From: Fimbriimonadales bacterium
GTDB taxonomy: Bacteria > Armatimonadota > Fimbriimonadia > Fimbriimonadales > ATM1
Direction of reading: 5' to 3'
Assembly (NCBI GenBank): GCA_041744215.1
Contig: JBGTLG010000033.1
Span: forward strand, 64,001 to 128,000
Length of the DNA: 64,000 nt
The position numbers and the translations under genes are program-made. Within the stretch, counting starts at the first letter, position 1. Every line of letters begins with the position of its first letter. The notes beneath the pieces are model-generated. The model saw only the letters and a program-made list of their open reading frames with translations. It made no database searches and had not been told where the DNA came from. Positions 51,244 to 60,809 of this stretch are shown one piece after another.

Positions 51244-52116
51244 ATGCGCGGCGAACTGAAGGAGCTTTGGAGGTACCGCGAGCTCTTGCTCACGTTCGTC
51301 GTCCGCGAACTGAGGATCCGCTACAAAAACTCGTTTCTCGGCTTCTTCTGGTCGATTCTTAATCCCTTGGTGACGGTACTTGTGATGACGCTGGTCTTCA
51401 AGTACGTGATGGGACAGCAGGTGCCCAATTACAGCGCGTATGTGCTCGCCGCATATCTTCCCTACATGTTCTTTCAACTCAGCTTGATGGATTCGAGCCA
51501 ATCGATTCTGTCGCAGATTTCGCTCCTGAAAAAGATCTACTTTCCTCGCGAGATCCTGCCGATTGGGTCGGTCCTTGCGAACTTCACTCACTTCATGCTT
51601 GCAATGAGTGTGTTCTTCGCCTATCTGCTCTTTGTTTGGATCATGAATCCTGGCGAAAGCCCGTTTCGCGCAACAGTAATCTGGCTGCCGCTACTTATGC
51701 TCATGCAGCTTTCGCTGACTCTCGGCCTCGCGCTGATCATTAGCGCGCTGAACACGTTTTATGAAGACGTCAAGTACATAGTCAGCGTCGGCCTCTATCT
51801 GCTCTTCTTCCTTTCGCCCATCGTTTACTTCGTGGAGCAGGTTTACAATGCGCCGGGAATCCCGGAAGAGCACCGTGGGACCGTCTACTTCATCTACAAC
51901 CTAAACCCGATTGCGATGCTGATGACAGCGTATCGCAAAGTTATGCTCGATCCGCAGCCGATCGTCATGACCCGCGATGGACAAACGCATGAAGCGGGCG
52001 TTTTGCCGCTGGATCCGGTTCTTATGACCATCTGTGCCATCACCTGCTTCGGCACCCTGATTTTTGGCTATTACCTCTTCAACAAGAAGAAGTGGCAATT
52101 CGTGGAGCGGCCATGA
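51244..52116 (+). CDS. wzm: polysaccharide ABC-2 exporter permease
   Basis: RYKNSFLGFFWSILNP, KIYFPRE. Confidence 0.88.
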   Translation: MRGELKELWRYRELLLTFVVRELRIRYKNSFLGFFWSILNPLVTVLVMTLVFKYVMGQQVPNYSAYVLAAYLPYMFFQLSLMDSSQSILSQISLLKKIYFPREILPIGSVLANFTHFMLAMSVFFAYLLFVWIMNPGESPFRATVIWLPLLMLMQLSLTLGLALIISALNTFYEDVKYIVSVGLYLLFFLSPIVYFVEQVYNAPGIPEEHRGTVYFIYNLNPIAMLMTAYRKVMLDPQPIVMTRDGQTHEAGVLPLDPVLMTICAITCFGTLIFGYYLFNKKKWQFVERP

Positions 52117-52841
52117 GCAAGCCAGCAATTCGCGTCCGCGATCTTTGCAAGGAATTCGTTGTTTCTCATACCGGATATGCGTCGCTCAAGGGTGCGCTGC
52201 TTTGGTGGAAGAGCCGACAAAAAGAGCAGCTGCAGGCGCTCAAGAACGTGTCGATTGATGTGCAGCCGGGGGAGTGCGTAGCCATCGTCGGGAGAAATGG
52301 CGCGGGCAAGAGCACGTTGCTGAGCATTCTTGCTCGCGTGTATAAGCCGACGAGCGGCGAAATCGAGGTCGCAGGGCGCGTCGCGCCGCTGCTCGAGCTT
52401 GGCGCGGGATTTCATCCAGATTTGACTGGGTCGGAAAACGTGGTTTTCAACGGCGTGGTCCTCGGCTTGACTCGAAAGCAAGTTGCCGAGCGGATGGATG
52501 AAATCGTAGCTTTCAGCGAAATCGGCGACTACATCGACGCTCCGGTTCGGACTTATTCAAGCGGCATGCTGCTGCGGTTAGGTTTTTCCGTTGCCGTGCA
52601 TGTCGACGCGTCGATTTTACTTGTCGACGAAGCGCTCGCCGTCGGAGATTTGGAGTTTCAGCGGAAGTGCTTGAAACGCATCTCAGAGTTTAAGGCCGCT
52701 GGCGGTGCAATCTTGTTCGTTTCGCATGATATGGTCTCGGTTCGGCAGGCCGCGGATCGAGCCGTGTGGATGAGCAAAGGCGAAGTGATCCTAGACGGAG
52801 AGACCGAATCGGTCGTCTCCGCTTATGAAGGCAACTCCTGA
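52113..52841 (+). CDS. wzt: polysaccharide ABC exporter ATP-binding protein
   Basis: GRNGAGKSTLL, YSSGM, DEALAVGD; no C-terminal carbohydrate-binding domain. Confidence 0.9.
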   Translation: MSKPAIRVRDLCKEFVVSHTGYASLKGALLWWKSRQKEQLQALKNVSIDVQPGECVAIVGRNGAGKSTLLSILARVYKPTSGEIEVAGRVAPLLELGAGFHPDLTGSENVVFNGVVLGLTRKQVAERMDEIVAFSEIGDYIDAPVRTYSSGMLLRLGFSVAVHVDASILLVDEALAVGDLEFQRKCLKRISEFKAAGGAILFVSHDMVSVRQAADRAVWMSKGEVILDGETESVVSAYEGNS

Positions 52842-52866
52842 TTCCCAGTTTTCTGCGCCGTCAGAA

Positions 52867-53622
52867 CTATTGGCAACCGTTAGGCGGGGGGGGTGGCGGA
52901 TCGAGCGTGGAGCTGATGAAGATCGGGTCTGGCATCGTGCTCGTCGCGCCGTTTGCAAGCGGCTGGTTCAGGACCATGACCGCATGGCAGTTGGGCACCA
53001 TGGTGCTCGAACTATAACGAACGGCGCGATACAGCCACTCCGCGTACCAGCCTGGTGGCATGAGCGCGCGGTCGAGGTTCACTTTGGTCGCCGTGGTCGG
53101 GACGGAGCCGAGGAAAGTGCCGGACGCGTTTGTTGTTGCTCGGCCGACCTCGGTGTTCGCGTCGTTGAAGAAGACGACGATGACCCCCGAAACGCCGTTG
53201 CCGCTGGATTCGCTTCGGACGCTGCCGGTGACTTTTGCCTGGAGCGGTCTGACCTGGAAGTTGAGGCCGGTAACGGTGTGTCCGGGCCAGGTTGCATTGA
53301 CTGTTCCGGAGCCGACGCCGGTGGCGTTGAATGAGCCGTTCGAATTGAGCGTGCCCGGCGCGCCCTGGACGTTGGTCAGATTCCAAGTGTTGGTCGAGAG
53401 GACGAAGCGCGTGAAATTGACGTCGTAGCCAGCAAGGACGAACTGGACGTTCATGCCGACTTCGAGGTTGAGGGGATCCTGACCTGGGAGTTCGACGCGG
53501 ACGAGGACGAAGGTGGTTGGGGTGCCTCCTCCTCCGGTTCCACCGCAGCCGCCGTAGGAAAAGAAGGCGGCGAGCGCGAGGCCGAGGGTCAGTAAGACGG
53601 CGCGAAGTCCTTTCAAGTGCAT
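52867..53622 (-). CDS. exported (lipo)protein with Ig/carboxypeptidase-regulatory-like folds
   Basis: Signal ending GGC, G/T/N-rich beta composition, AGGAG RBS. Confidence 0.75.
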   Translation of the reverse strand: MHLKGLRAVLLTLGLALAAFFSYGGCGGTGGGGTPTTFVLVRVELPGQDPLNLEVGMNVQFVLAGYDVNFTRFVLSTNTWNLTNVQGAPGTLNSNGSFNATGVGSGTVNATWPGHTVTGLNFQVRPLQAKVTGSVRSESSGNGVSGVIVVFFNDANTEVGRATTNASGTFLGSVPTTATKVNLDRALMPPGWYAEWLYRAVRYSSSTMVPNCHAVMVLNQPLANGATSTMPDPIFISSTLDPPPPPPNGCQ

Positions 53623-53771
53623 CTCCTTATGTCTGCGATCTTGGGCCTAGCCGGTCCAGATCAATACGATTATAGACGTGCCGAGGCTGGGGGCGTGTTC
53701 GGTAGAACTGACAGGGTGGTCGCTCAGGTTCTTGGGCATCCCTGGTTGACTTGCCTGCTCTCGATTTGTTA

Positions 53772-53808
53772 ACGGCTCATCGGACTCATTGGACTCATCG
53801 AACTCATC
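53772..53808. repeat. 4 x 9-bp tandem repeat
   Basis: acggctcat cggactcat tggactcat cgaactcat. Confidence 0.75.
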
Positions 53809-54167
53809 ACGTTTAGACATTGTTAACGCGGTTTCTTGAGTTCATCGGATGGGCTGGATGCGGTGTTGCGAGTGCTTCGGACGCATTCACTCTGGCATTA
53901 GGCCACCATCGGTTAAGTCCTCGGGAGGGGCAGAAGTCAACCGGCTGTGATGAAGCCAGTCGCATTGGCGACGGGGGGAGGATGCTGACCTGAGCAGTTC
54001 ACGGACAGATTCTTAGGGAGCAGTCTGCTTACGAAGTTTGCTGAAGAATCTGTCAGTGCCACCCGGTCGCAACTCTCTAATTGAGTAACACCACGCACGG
54101 AAGGAGTTAACGAGGCCACCCGTCCTATCAGTTCTCAAGACTATCACTTCAGCCACACCGTCACAGG

Positions 54168-54626
54168 TTACAAAGCTTTCCAAATCTTGTTTACTGCCAA
54201 CTCACCTTGCTTCCACACGCGCCACAGCTGGGCCCAATACCACGCAAGTACCGCGAGGCTTAATACTGGAACCCAAATCATAGACCCAAAGTAAACCCAG
54301 ACAGGGAACTCTGCAATCACTACCAAGTCAAGTGCTCGCCGTAGCAAGAAAAACCAAATGCCCAATCCGCTCTTTGAATCAGTCTCAAACAGATTGGCTA
54401 TCACGTGAAGTGAGAGCACCATCGGTACGGCGGAGAGAAAACGAAAGATGCCTTCGTCCAACAACGGGAATGACGCCCGCGCAATCGCCAACCCGAGGCT
54501 GAGCACACTCAGCCCTACAGCGACTACTGCGCTCGCATCGATTTCTTCATTTGTCTTCTTTTGCACTCTACACCTCGGCCATCGCCATTGGCTCCAAAAC
54601 TTTTCCTCCCGCCATCTTTGATTCAC
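54168..54626 (-). CDS. small membrane protein (array member)
   Basis: About 4 hydrophobic segments; start uncertain (alternative GTG at 54566). Confidence 0.55.
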   Translation of the reverse strand: MNQRWREEKFWSQWRWPRCRVQKKTNEEIDASAVVAVGLSVLSLGLAIARASFPLLDEGIFRFLSAVPMVLSLHVIANLFETDSKSGLGIWFFLLRRALDLVVIAEFPVWVYFGSMIWVPVLSLAVLAWYWAQLWRVWKQGELAVNKIWKAL

Positions 54627-54712
54627 ACTGTGTCTGGTGATCGGTCATTCCGTCCACCCGTCGCCGTTTTCCGCATTCCTAAGCTAGTCATCATTGAGAC
54701 CGCCATCCGCCT

Positions 54713-55033
54713 TTACTCATCGTTGTTTTCTCCCTCAGATTCTCCGAAGGAGCGAAGCCTAACGCGGGCTATTAGGTGAGTTGACAATCCAGCAAAAGTG
54801 AGGCCCGTGAGACCGACAACCAAGGGCAAGCTAACATACAGAGGGGTGAATGGTGCCAACGCAATCCAGGCAGCGGATACCAAGTACAGCATGAGCATAC
54901 AGATGCGTCTCCACTCGTTTGCTGCGTATACACGTGGCATTGAGTTGAGACCAAACAAATGGAGCACTCCCCAGGCTGCTAAGAAGCACCCGCTGATTAA
55001 GATTGCCAACGCTAAAAAGTCTGTAGTGTTCAT
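54713..55033 (-). CDS. small membrane protein (array member)
   Basis: Three TM segments, acidic tail. Confidence 0.6.
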   Translation of the reverse strand: MNTTDFLALAILISGCFLAAWGVLHLFGLNSMPRVYAANEWRRICMLMLYLVSAAWIALAPFTPLYVSLPLVVGLTGLTFAGLSTHLIARVRLRSFGESEGENNDE

Positions 55034-55119
55034 GAATAGCAGCCTGTGGTATCTCAGTCGAATTCTGTCATAACGAGCGTAGCTGGCAGAATCAACGAAT
55101 ACGCCGGGTGTGGCCGGGC

Positions 55120-55264
55120 TGAGGTTTCATGCGCGGTTGCCATGGGTTTATTCGCTGCCATTCAGACTTCTCCTTAAGGGACGATGAGATTCCACGGATC
55201 GCATCCTGCTTCGTTCTCACTGTTTGTTTCCTCATTCTGCTCCCTTTCCTCTGTCGCCTGGGCC
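55120..55264. repeat. 145-bp direct repeat, copy A
   Basis: 7 mismatches to 56332-56476; first 76 bp identical. Confidence 0.95.
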
Positions 55265-55285
55265 CTTTGTTCGGAACGGTCTTCG

Positions 55286-55660
55286 TCATCGTTCCATTCG
55301 GCCGCCGGTCCGAAACAGTTTGTGCCAGATTGTTGTCGCAATAGTAAACAGTATCACCGCCAAACAGATGATAAGTGTCGTCGCTGTTGCAGCAGCTACG
55401 AGCAAAGCCAGAATGACCAAAGCCCTCTTAACGTCAAACTCAGTGAAAGCCAAGAGAAGAGTGAGCATTCCAATCACTTGGAAGAATGCCGAGAGCTTCT
55501 TGGATTTGTCGCGAATCTGAGGTAGAGAGCCAATAACAAGCAAACAAACTGCCAGAGATGTTCCTGCAAGCTCAAATTGCTTAGCGGCGAGAAACAGCGC
55601 GCCCATTACTACTGCGTAGCCTATGAGGCTTGGTCGCCAGAATCTTTGGATCTGATTCAC
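55286..55660 (-). CDS. small membrane protein (array member)
   Basis: About 4 TM segments from GTG at 55660. Confidence 0.55.
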   Translation of the reverse strand: MNQIQRFWRPSLIGYAVVMGALFLAAKQFELAGTSLAVCLLVIGSLPQIRDKSKKLSAFFQVIGMLTLLLAFTEFDVKRALVILALLVAAATATTLIICLAVILFTIATTIWHKLFRTGGRMER

Positions 55661-55912
55661 GTCAGGATCACCATAAAATGCCCTTAGAGATGCGGCCGAC
55701 GCGGTCTGGCATGGTTTCGCGGTTTGAGGGGAGAGTTGCCGCGAACGTAGGGATGCTTGTCGAACCGAAACTCCTCGAAATCGGACTTTCATCCATGGCA
55801 CCCAGATTTGTTTCCCGCGTTTGCTCCTTCACTTTGCCTTCCTCGGTTCGACGCACCGGCCACGCCGCCATGCAACCCGACGCATAAACAAACTCAGCCT
55901 CAAGCTCCCCCT

Positions 55913-56305
55913 TCATTCGGTTTCTTTAGAGTAGGCACTTCGATTTTTCCATCCTAGCATGATCAGAATCAACGCAGTGATTACGGTTAAAACGCTGGCA
56001 ATTGTCTGGCCCCCGTTCTGGTTGGTGCGATCCAGAGCAACTAGGAGAATTGGGAGCGGGCCGGCCATCCCAGCGGATAGCACAAACAGAGCCGCTAACC
56101 ACCCCTGTCTGGTGATCATGGCTGTAACGCCGAGCGCTACAGCCACGGCTGCGCCACCTGCGGCAAGCCCTGTGACCTCCGCATTGCCGGAAGGGCTTTT
56201 CAAGTGCACTATAGACAAAGTGAAGCAGAACAGATACCCCGCAGCTGCAAAGCACGCTACGAAAAAGCGCCAATTTCTTTTAATCAACACGAATCCCCTC
56301 TCCAC
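55913..56305 (-). CDS. small membrane protein (array member)
   Basis: Four TM segments. Confidence 0.6.
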   Translation of the reverse strand: MERGFVLIKRNWRFFVACFAAAGYLFCFTLSIVHLKSPSGNAEVTGLAAGGAAVAVALGVTAMITRQGWLAALFVLSAGMAGPLPILLVALDRTNQNGGQTIASVLTVITALILIMLGWKNRSAYSKETE

Positions 56306-56331
56306 TCGGGAGTCTGATCGCGCGGGCTGGG

Positions 56332-56476
56332 TGAGGTTTCATGCGCGGTTGCCATGGGTTTATTCGCTGCCATTCAGACTTCTCCTTAAGGGACGATGAG
56401 ATTCCACCTATCGCATCCTGTTTCGTACTCACCGTTTGTTTCCTCATTCTGCTCGCTTTCCTCTGTCGCATGGGCC
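56332..56476. repeat. 145-bp direct repeat, copy B
   Basis: See copy A. Confidence 0.95.
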
Positions 56477-56851
56477 ACCCGTCGTAGAGCTCTTCAACTG
56501 CAACACTCTCCATGTTATTGTCGCGCCAATAATTACAGCGGCCACCTGATGCGCGCGGTATTCTGCTTCATTGTTCACGTTCATTAGTAGCGACCCGGCA
56601 ACTACCGTTGCTAACATCGCCACGCCAGCGGTACAGCGGTGTGCTTGAGTGTGGAGTTTTCGAAGGCCAATGGATATGGTGGCGAAAACAATCCCCGTTA
56701 CGGCTAAGACGGCACCTATCAACTCCTTCAGGTGAGTATCAGATCCCACCTGTGTTGGCTGAACGAAAGCAACGACGCAAAAGACAGCACTTACGATCAG
56801 TATACTAACGCTGACCAGTAGCGGCAATGTTGCGATTGAGCGTACACTCAT
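56444..56851 (-). CDS. small membrane protein (array member)
   Basis: Four TM segments; AGGAG upstream; stop lies inside repeat B. Confidence 0.6.
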   Translation of the reverse strand: MSVRSIATLPLLVSVSILIVSAVFCVVAFVQPTQVGSDTHLKELIGAVLAVTGIVFATISIGLRKLHTQAHRCTAGVAMLATVVAGSLLMNVNNEAEYRAHQVAAVIIGATITWRVLQLKSSTTGGPCDRGKRAE

Positions 56852-57078
56852 GGCCAAACTCCTGCCTTTTCAAGCGTTTCTCGGCAGGTCTGCTCCAACC
56901 AAGCATCTTCTCCATCGCTCACCATGGAAATGCAGATTGCCAGAGCAAACTGAGATAGGCCTATCGTTGCAAAAATGTTGCTAGCAAAGAGAATGCGACT
57001 CCAGGCACAGCTTGGCTGGCAAGTGAATACTCTGGATCCAATCTTGCGAACTGAACGGCAAAGAATGACGACGGGCGT

Positions 57079-57136
57079 GGCTGGGTTGAGGTTTCGGTCG
57101 TGAGTGCCATGGGTGAATTCGTTGGCATTCGACATC
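57079..57136. repeat. degenerate third copy of the array element
   Basis: ggctggg..tgaggtttc...tgccatgggt..attcg.tg.cattc aligns to copies A and B. Confidence 0.7.
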
Positions 57137-57244
57137 CCCCAATCAGCACAATCAGAATTCACCCGTGCCACGACTGAAACCGGCGGTTGCGCCGCCTCCT
57201 TGGTCACGCAGGCCACCCAACGCATCTTCCTGTGCCGCCGTGTT

Positions 57245-57706
57245 TCACGCATTCTCGTTCTCATCATCTCTACTCATTTCATCCAGACCTTCAGGCTGGC
57301 CAATCATTGCCCAATCGAGTCGCCCATTGCGGATTCGCTCTAATCGAACTAGCCGTACTATCGCGTAAGTTACTTTGCTTGCCATTACATATCCAAGTAA
57401 TGGAACAACAAGCACCCATAGCGGTCCTTTAAGGAGTACGACTAGAACTGCTACCAGCAAAGGAGGAACCCATACGTAGAGAAGAAACGAGATAACAAGC
57501 CACTTGGCACCGCCATATCGATCTGCGAGGCGAAAGAGGACTGGCGGGGTCATACCAATTGCTATCGCCAACACGAGATGCCACGTCACGACATTGGTGA
57601 TCAAGCCAAGCGCTAGCAGTGCCGCTACGATCCCATTCATCCACACTGGTATTCGAAAAAGTCGCGCCTTGCCTGATTCCGTAGCCTTAGCTTTCATTCT
57701 ATGCAA
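57245..57706 (-). CDS. small membrane protein (array member)
   Basis: About 4 TM segments, acidic tail. Confidence 0.6.
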   Translation of the reverse strand: MHRMKAKATESGKARLFRIPVWMNGIVAALLALGLITNVVTWHLVLAIAIGMTPPVLFRLADRYGGAKWLVISFLLYVWVPPLLVAVLVVLLKGPLWVLVVPLLGYVMASKVTYAIVRLVRLERIRNGRLDWAMIGQPEGLDEMSRDDENENA

Positions 57707-57953
57707 GCCACCCAGCAGAAAATGGAGAAGCTAAATGTCCCTCCGCGTGCCGGCGAGTGCACCCAGGTCGGCTCTCACTGTCCCTCCACGTTCTATTCCC
57801 AATCACGTCGCTGTATCAAGTATACGATCCTCTGCCAAGTTTGGGTGCCGGGGGCGTGCGGGCGGGCGGGGCGGCGAATCGAACCACCTGCATCCCGAAC
57901 TCGTCTTTAGCCCAACCGGGGCGGATCGCCGCCTCGAACTTGGAGGAATGTAG

Positions 57954-59783
57954 ATGAGTGGACTGAGAGTTTGGCTGGTCGTTGTGGTCGTCGGGCTGTT
58001 TTGGTGGCCGGCGAGCGCGCAGGTCGCCGGGGCGCAGCGCGCCACGGTGATCTCTGGCGAGTATATGGAGACGGTCGCGTGCTATCTGGACGAGGGCCGA
58101 GAAGAGAGCTTTTACACGCTGACCCTGGAATCTGGGGCGGTGTACGACCTGGATTTCGCGCCTGGGGTTGAACACCCTGAGCCTGGCGCGTTTGTGACCT
58201 TGCGCGCTACGGTGCGAGACAATCGCGCCCGTGTTTTGAGCGTGCTGTCTTCTGAGATGCCGGTTATGCCGGACAACGGCAACTACACGCCGATCGGCGA
58301 GCAAAAGATCCTTGTGCTGCTGATCAATTTCCAAGACGCGACGACAGAGAACACAACGCCAGCGACGGTTTACAACCGGTTTATGAGCCCAACGAGTTCG
58401 GTCAACAAGTGGTATCAGGAGACATCGTTTGGGAAGATGTGGATCGATGTCGACGTGTTCGGCTGGTACACGCTTCCGGTGAATCGAAGCTGCGACCCGA
58501 ACGGCTGGCGCGATCTTGCGATTCAGGCTGCGTCGCCGCACGTGACGTTTGCCGACTATAACCGGCTTGTGCTGCTTGTTCCTGGCGGTGGCGGCTGCAG
58601 CTGGGGCGGGCTTGGCACGCTTGGGTTTAGCAATTTGAGCACCCCTCAAGGCACTTGGCGAACTACGACGTCTTGGTGCCGATCGGAGTATTACAACGAC
58701 GTTCGGCAGGCGATTGCGATCAGCACGCACGAGTTGGGCCACAACTTGGCGCAGCATCACGCGAGCTCTCGCGCTTATGTCGGCGAGACGCTGGGCTCAT
58801 TCGACACGAACGCTGCTGGCGGAACGCAGGACGAATACAACGATCGTTTCGACACGATGGGCAACTGGAACTTGGGTGCGTATAATGCGCGTCACAAGTG
58901 GAATCTCGGATGGTTCGATCCGGGACATGTTGTCACCGTAACCGCAAGCGGCACGTATCATTTGACGCCGTACACGCTTTTCTCGACTGGGCCGAAGGCG
59001 CTGAAGGTGTTTCGCGGATACGGTCCTTCGACGCAGCGAAACGAGTGGCTGTATCTGGAGTGGAGACAGCCGATCGGATACGACACTGACATCAACTGGA
59101 ACAGTGGCATCAACTATACGGGTGCGCTGGGGCATTTCCATTGGAACAACAACAATACGCGGACGCACTTGCTCGACTTCCGGCTGCAGAACGGATTTTT
59201 GGATTCCGCGCTGCAGGTTGGGACGTCTTGGACTGACAACTATCGGTCGCTCACGGTGCAAGTTGTTTCGATCAACGCTGGTGTGATGACCGTCAATGTG
59301 AACATTGGGTTTTTCGGTGTGAATCGCAACCCGACGTCATACACGATTACGCGTGGCGAGCATGTTTCGGGTGGGTTGTCTGACATCTTGTCCAGCGATG
59401 ACAGCCGCTTGGTGATTCGCAACGCGCCGATCTTGAATCTTTCGGAATCGGAAGTGATGGTTGTGTTCAACGGCACTTCGCAGGTTTCGAATCCTGCCGC
59501 GATCAGCTTCAAGATCGAGGGTCATACATCGACAGGCGGCCTAAGGAAGATGGTTGAGCTGTATAACTTCTCGACGAGTCAGTGGGTCGCGACCGATTGG
59601 CGGACGACGTTTGTTGGAACCGATGGAACGCATGTTTTTGCGGAAGAGAATCTGCCGCAATACGTTCAGTCTGGAACGAACGCGATTCGCGCTCGTTTGC
59701 GGGTTGACGGTCAGCTTGCTTTCTCGCCGAGTTGGCAGGTGCGCATCGACCAGGCGATTTGGCAAGTGTTTCCCAGATCGTAA
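57954..59783 (+). CDS. secreted metzincin metalloprotease (M11/M6-like)
   Basis: Signal peptide; HELGHNLAQHH zinc motif; DTMG Met-turn; LYLEWRQPIGYD. Confidence 0.85.
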   Translation: MSGLRVWLVVVVVGLFWWPASAQVAGAQRATVISGEYMETVACYLDEGREESFYTLTLESGAVYDLDFAPGVEHPEPGAFVTLRATVRDNRARVLSVLSSEMPVMPDNGNYTPIGEQKILVLLINFQDATTENTTPATVYNRFMSPTSSVNKWYQETSFGKMWIDVDVFGWYTLPVNRSCDPNGWRDLAIQAASPHVTFADYNRLVLLVPGGGGCSWGGLGTLGFSNLSTPQGTWRTTTSWCRSEYYNDVRQAIAISTHELGHNLAQHHASSRAYVGETLGSFDTNAAGGTQDEYNDRFDTMGNWNLGAYNARHKWNLGWFDPGHVVTVTASGTYHLTPYTLFSTGPKALKVFRGYGPSTQRNEWLYLEWRQPIGYDTDINWNSGINYTGALGHFHWNNNNTRTHLLDFRLQNGFLDSALQVGTSWTDNYRSLTVQVVSINAGVMTVNVNIGFFGVNRNPTSYTITRGEHVSGGLSDILSSDDSRLVIRNAPILNLSESEVMVVFNGTSQVSNPAAISFKIEGHTSTGGLRKMVELYNFSTSQWVATDWRTTFVGTDGTHVFAEENLPQYVQSGTNAIRARLRVDGQLAFSPSWQVRIDQAIWQVFPRS

Positions 59784-59792
59784 GTTGAATCG

Positions 59793-59828
59793 ATCGGCCC
59801 GCGCAATGCGTATGCGCGGGCCGATTTT
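59793..59828 (+). terminator. intrinsic terminator
   Basis: 13-bp perfect stem atcggcccgcgca/tgcgcgggccgat followed by T residues. Confidence 0.8.
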
Positions 59829-59831
59829 GTT

Positions 59832-60740
59832 CTATCTGGCGAGTTGCGCCTGGTTTTCTAAGAGTGTGCCGAGGTCGATGATCATGCCTTGTCCACCGCC
59901 ATAGACTGCGGGGAGAGTGCCGTTCCATTTTTCGATCCATTCGCGCGCTATAACCAGCGAGCCGCCTTGGACTCGTAGCGCGTCTGCGTTCAGCTTCGCA
60001 GATTCGGACTTACCTTCCGCGATCGTTATCGCGGTTTGTTTTTCGAGTTCCGCCTTTTGTAGGATGTATCGTTGCTGTTCTGCTTGCTGTTGGGCGACCT
60101 GCTTTTGCTCGATCGCTTTGTTGAACTCGGGTGAGAAGTCGAAGTTGGTGATCGAAAGCCCCGCTGGCTCGACGAGGATGTTGTACGCACCGAGCCTTTC
60201 GGTGATGTCTAGCTCGACCTCCGACTTGACTCGCGCGCGGAGCTTGATGAGCTCTTCCGCGGTGTATTGCGCGGTTACAACTTTGATCGATTCTTGGACG
60301 GCGGGATCGATGATTCGCGCCTTGTATTCTGTGCCGACGTTTCGGTAGAGCGTGTGGACTCTGTCTGGATCGACTCGAAAGTTGAGCGCGAGCGTCGTGC
60401 TGACGATTTGGAGGTCTTTCGACGCGGCGGAGGCTTCGCTCTGCTCTTTTTGCGTTCTAACCTCCATGAGGATCACCTCTTGAAGAAACGGGGCGATGAG
60501 GTGGAAGCCCTCTTGCTTCAGGCCGCGGACCGCGCCCAGATGGAGCAAAACGCCCCTGTGTCCTGCCGGCACGATAACCGCGCAAGCCCAGAGCACCCCC
60601 CCGACGAACATGACCAGACCCACGACCCTCGCGATCCAAGCTGTGGGCGCGAGGTTTGATTTGTCGGAGGTCTGTCGATTGAGACCCCCGATGATGAATG
60701 AAAGAACGAAAAGAACGATTCCAAAAAAGGCCAGACCCAT
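59832..60740 (-). CDS. prohibitin/SPFH family protein
   Basis: VPAGHRGV, SKDLQIV, FSPEFNKAIEQKQVAQQ, IEKWNG.LP. Confidence 0.92.
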   Translation of the reverse strand: MGLAFFGIVLFVLSFIIGGLNRQTSDKSNLAPTAWIARVVGLVMFVGGVLWACAVIVPAGHRGVLLHLGAVRGLKQEGFHLIAPFLQEVILMEVRTQKEQSEASAASKDLQIVSTTLALNFRVDPDRVHTLYRNVGTEYKARIIDPAVQESIKVVTAQYTAEELIKLRARVKSEVELDITERLGAYNILVEPAGLSITNFDFSPEFNKAIEQKQVAQQQAEQQRYILQKAELEKQTAITIAEGKSESAKLNADALRVQGGSLVIAREWIEKWNGTLPAVYGGGQGMIIDLGTLLENQAQLAR

Positions 60741-60809
60741 CAATGTTTCTCCTACTGATTCACGGACGGTTGGCGTCCGGGGTTGCGATTCTGGCTTATC
60801 TTGCGTTTT

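Noticed and set aside
56848-57135. ORF between array members
   Set aside because: It starts inside the degenerate repeat and lacks clear protein character; possibly a decayed cassette, so not called.
54168-57706. Classical integron
   Set aside because: No intI and no clear RYYYAAC...GTTRRRY attC pairs seen; kept only as integron-like.
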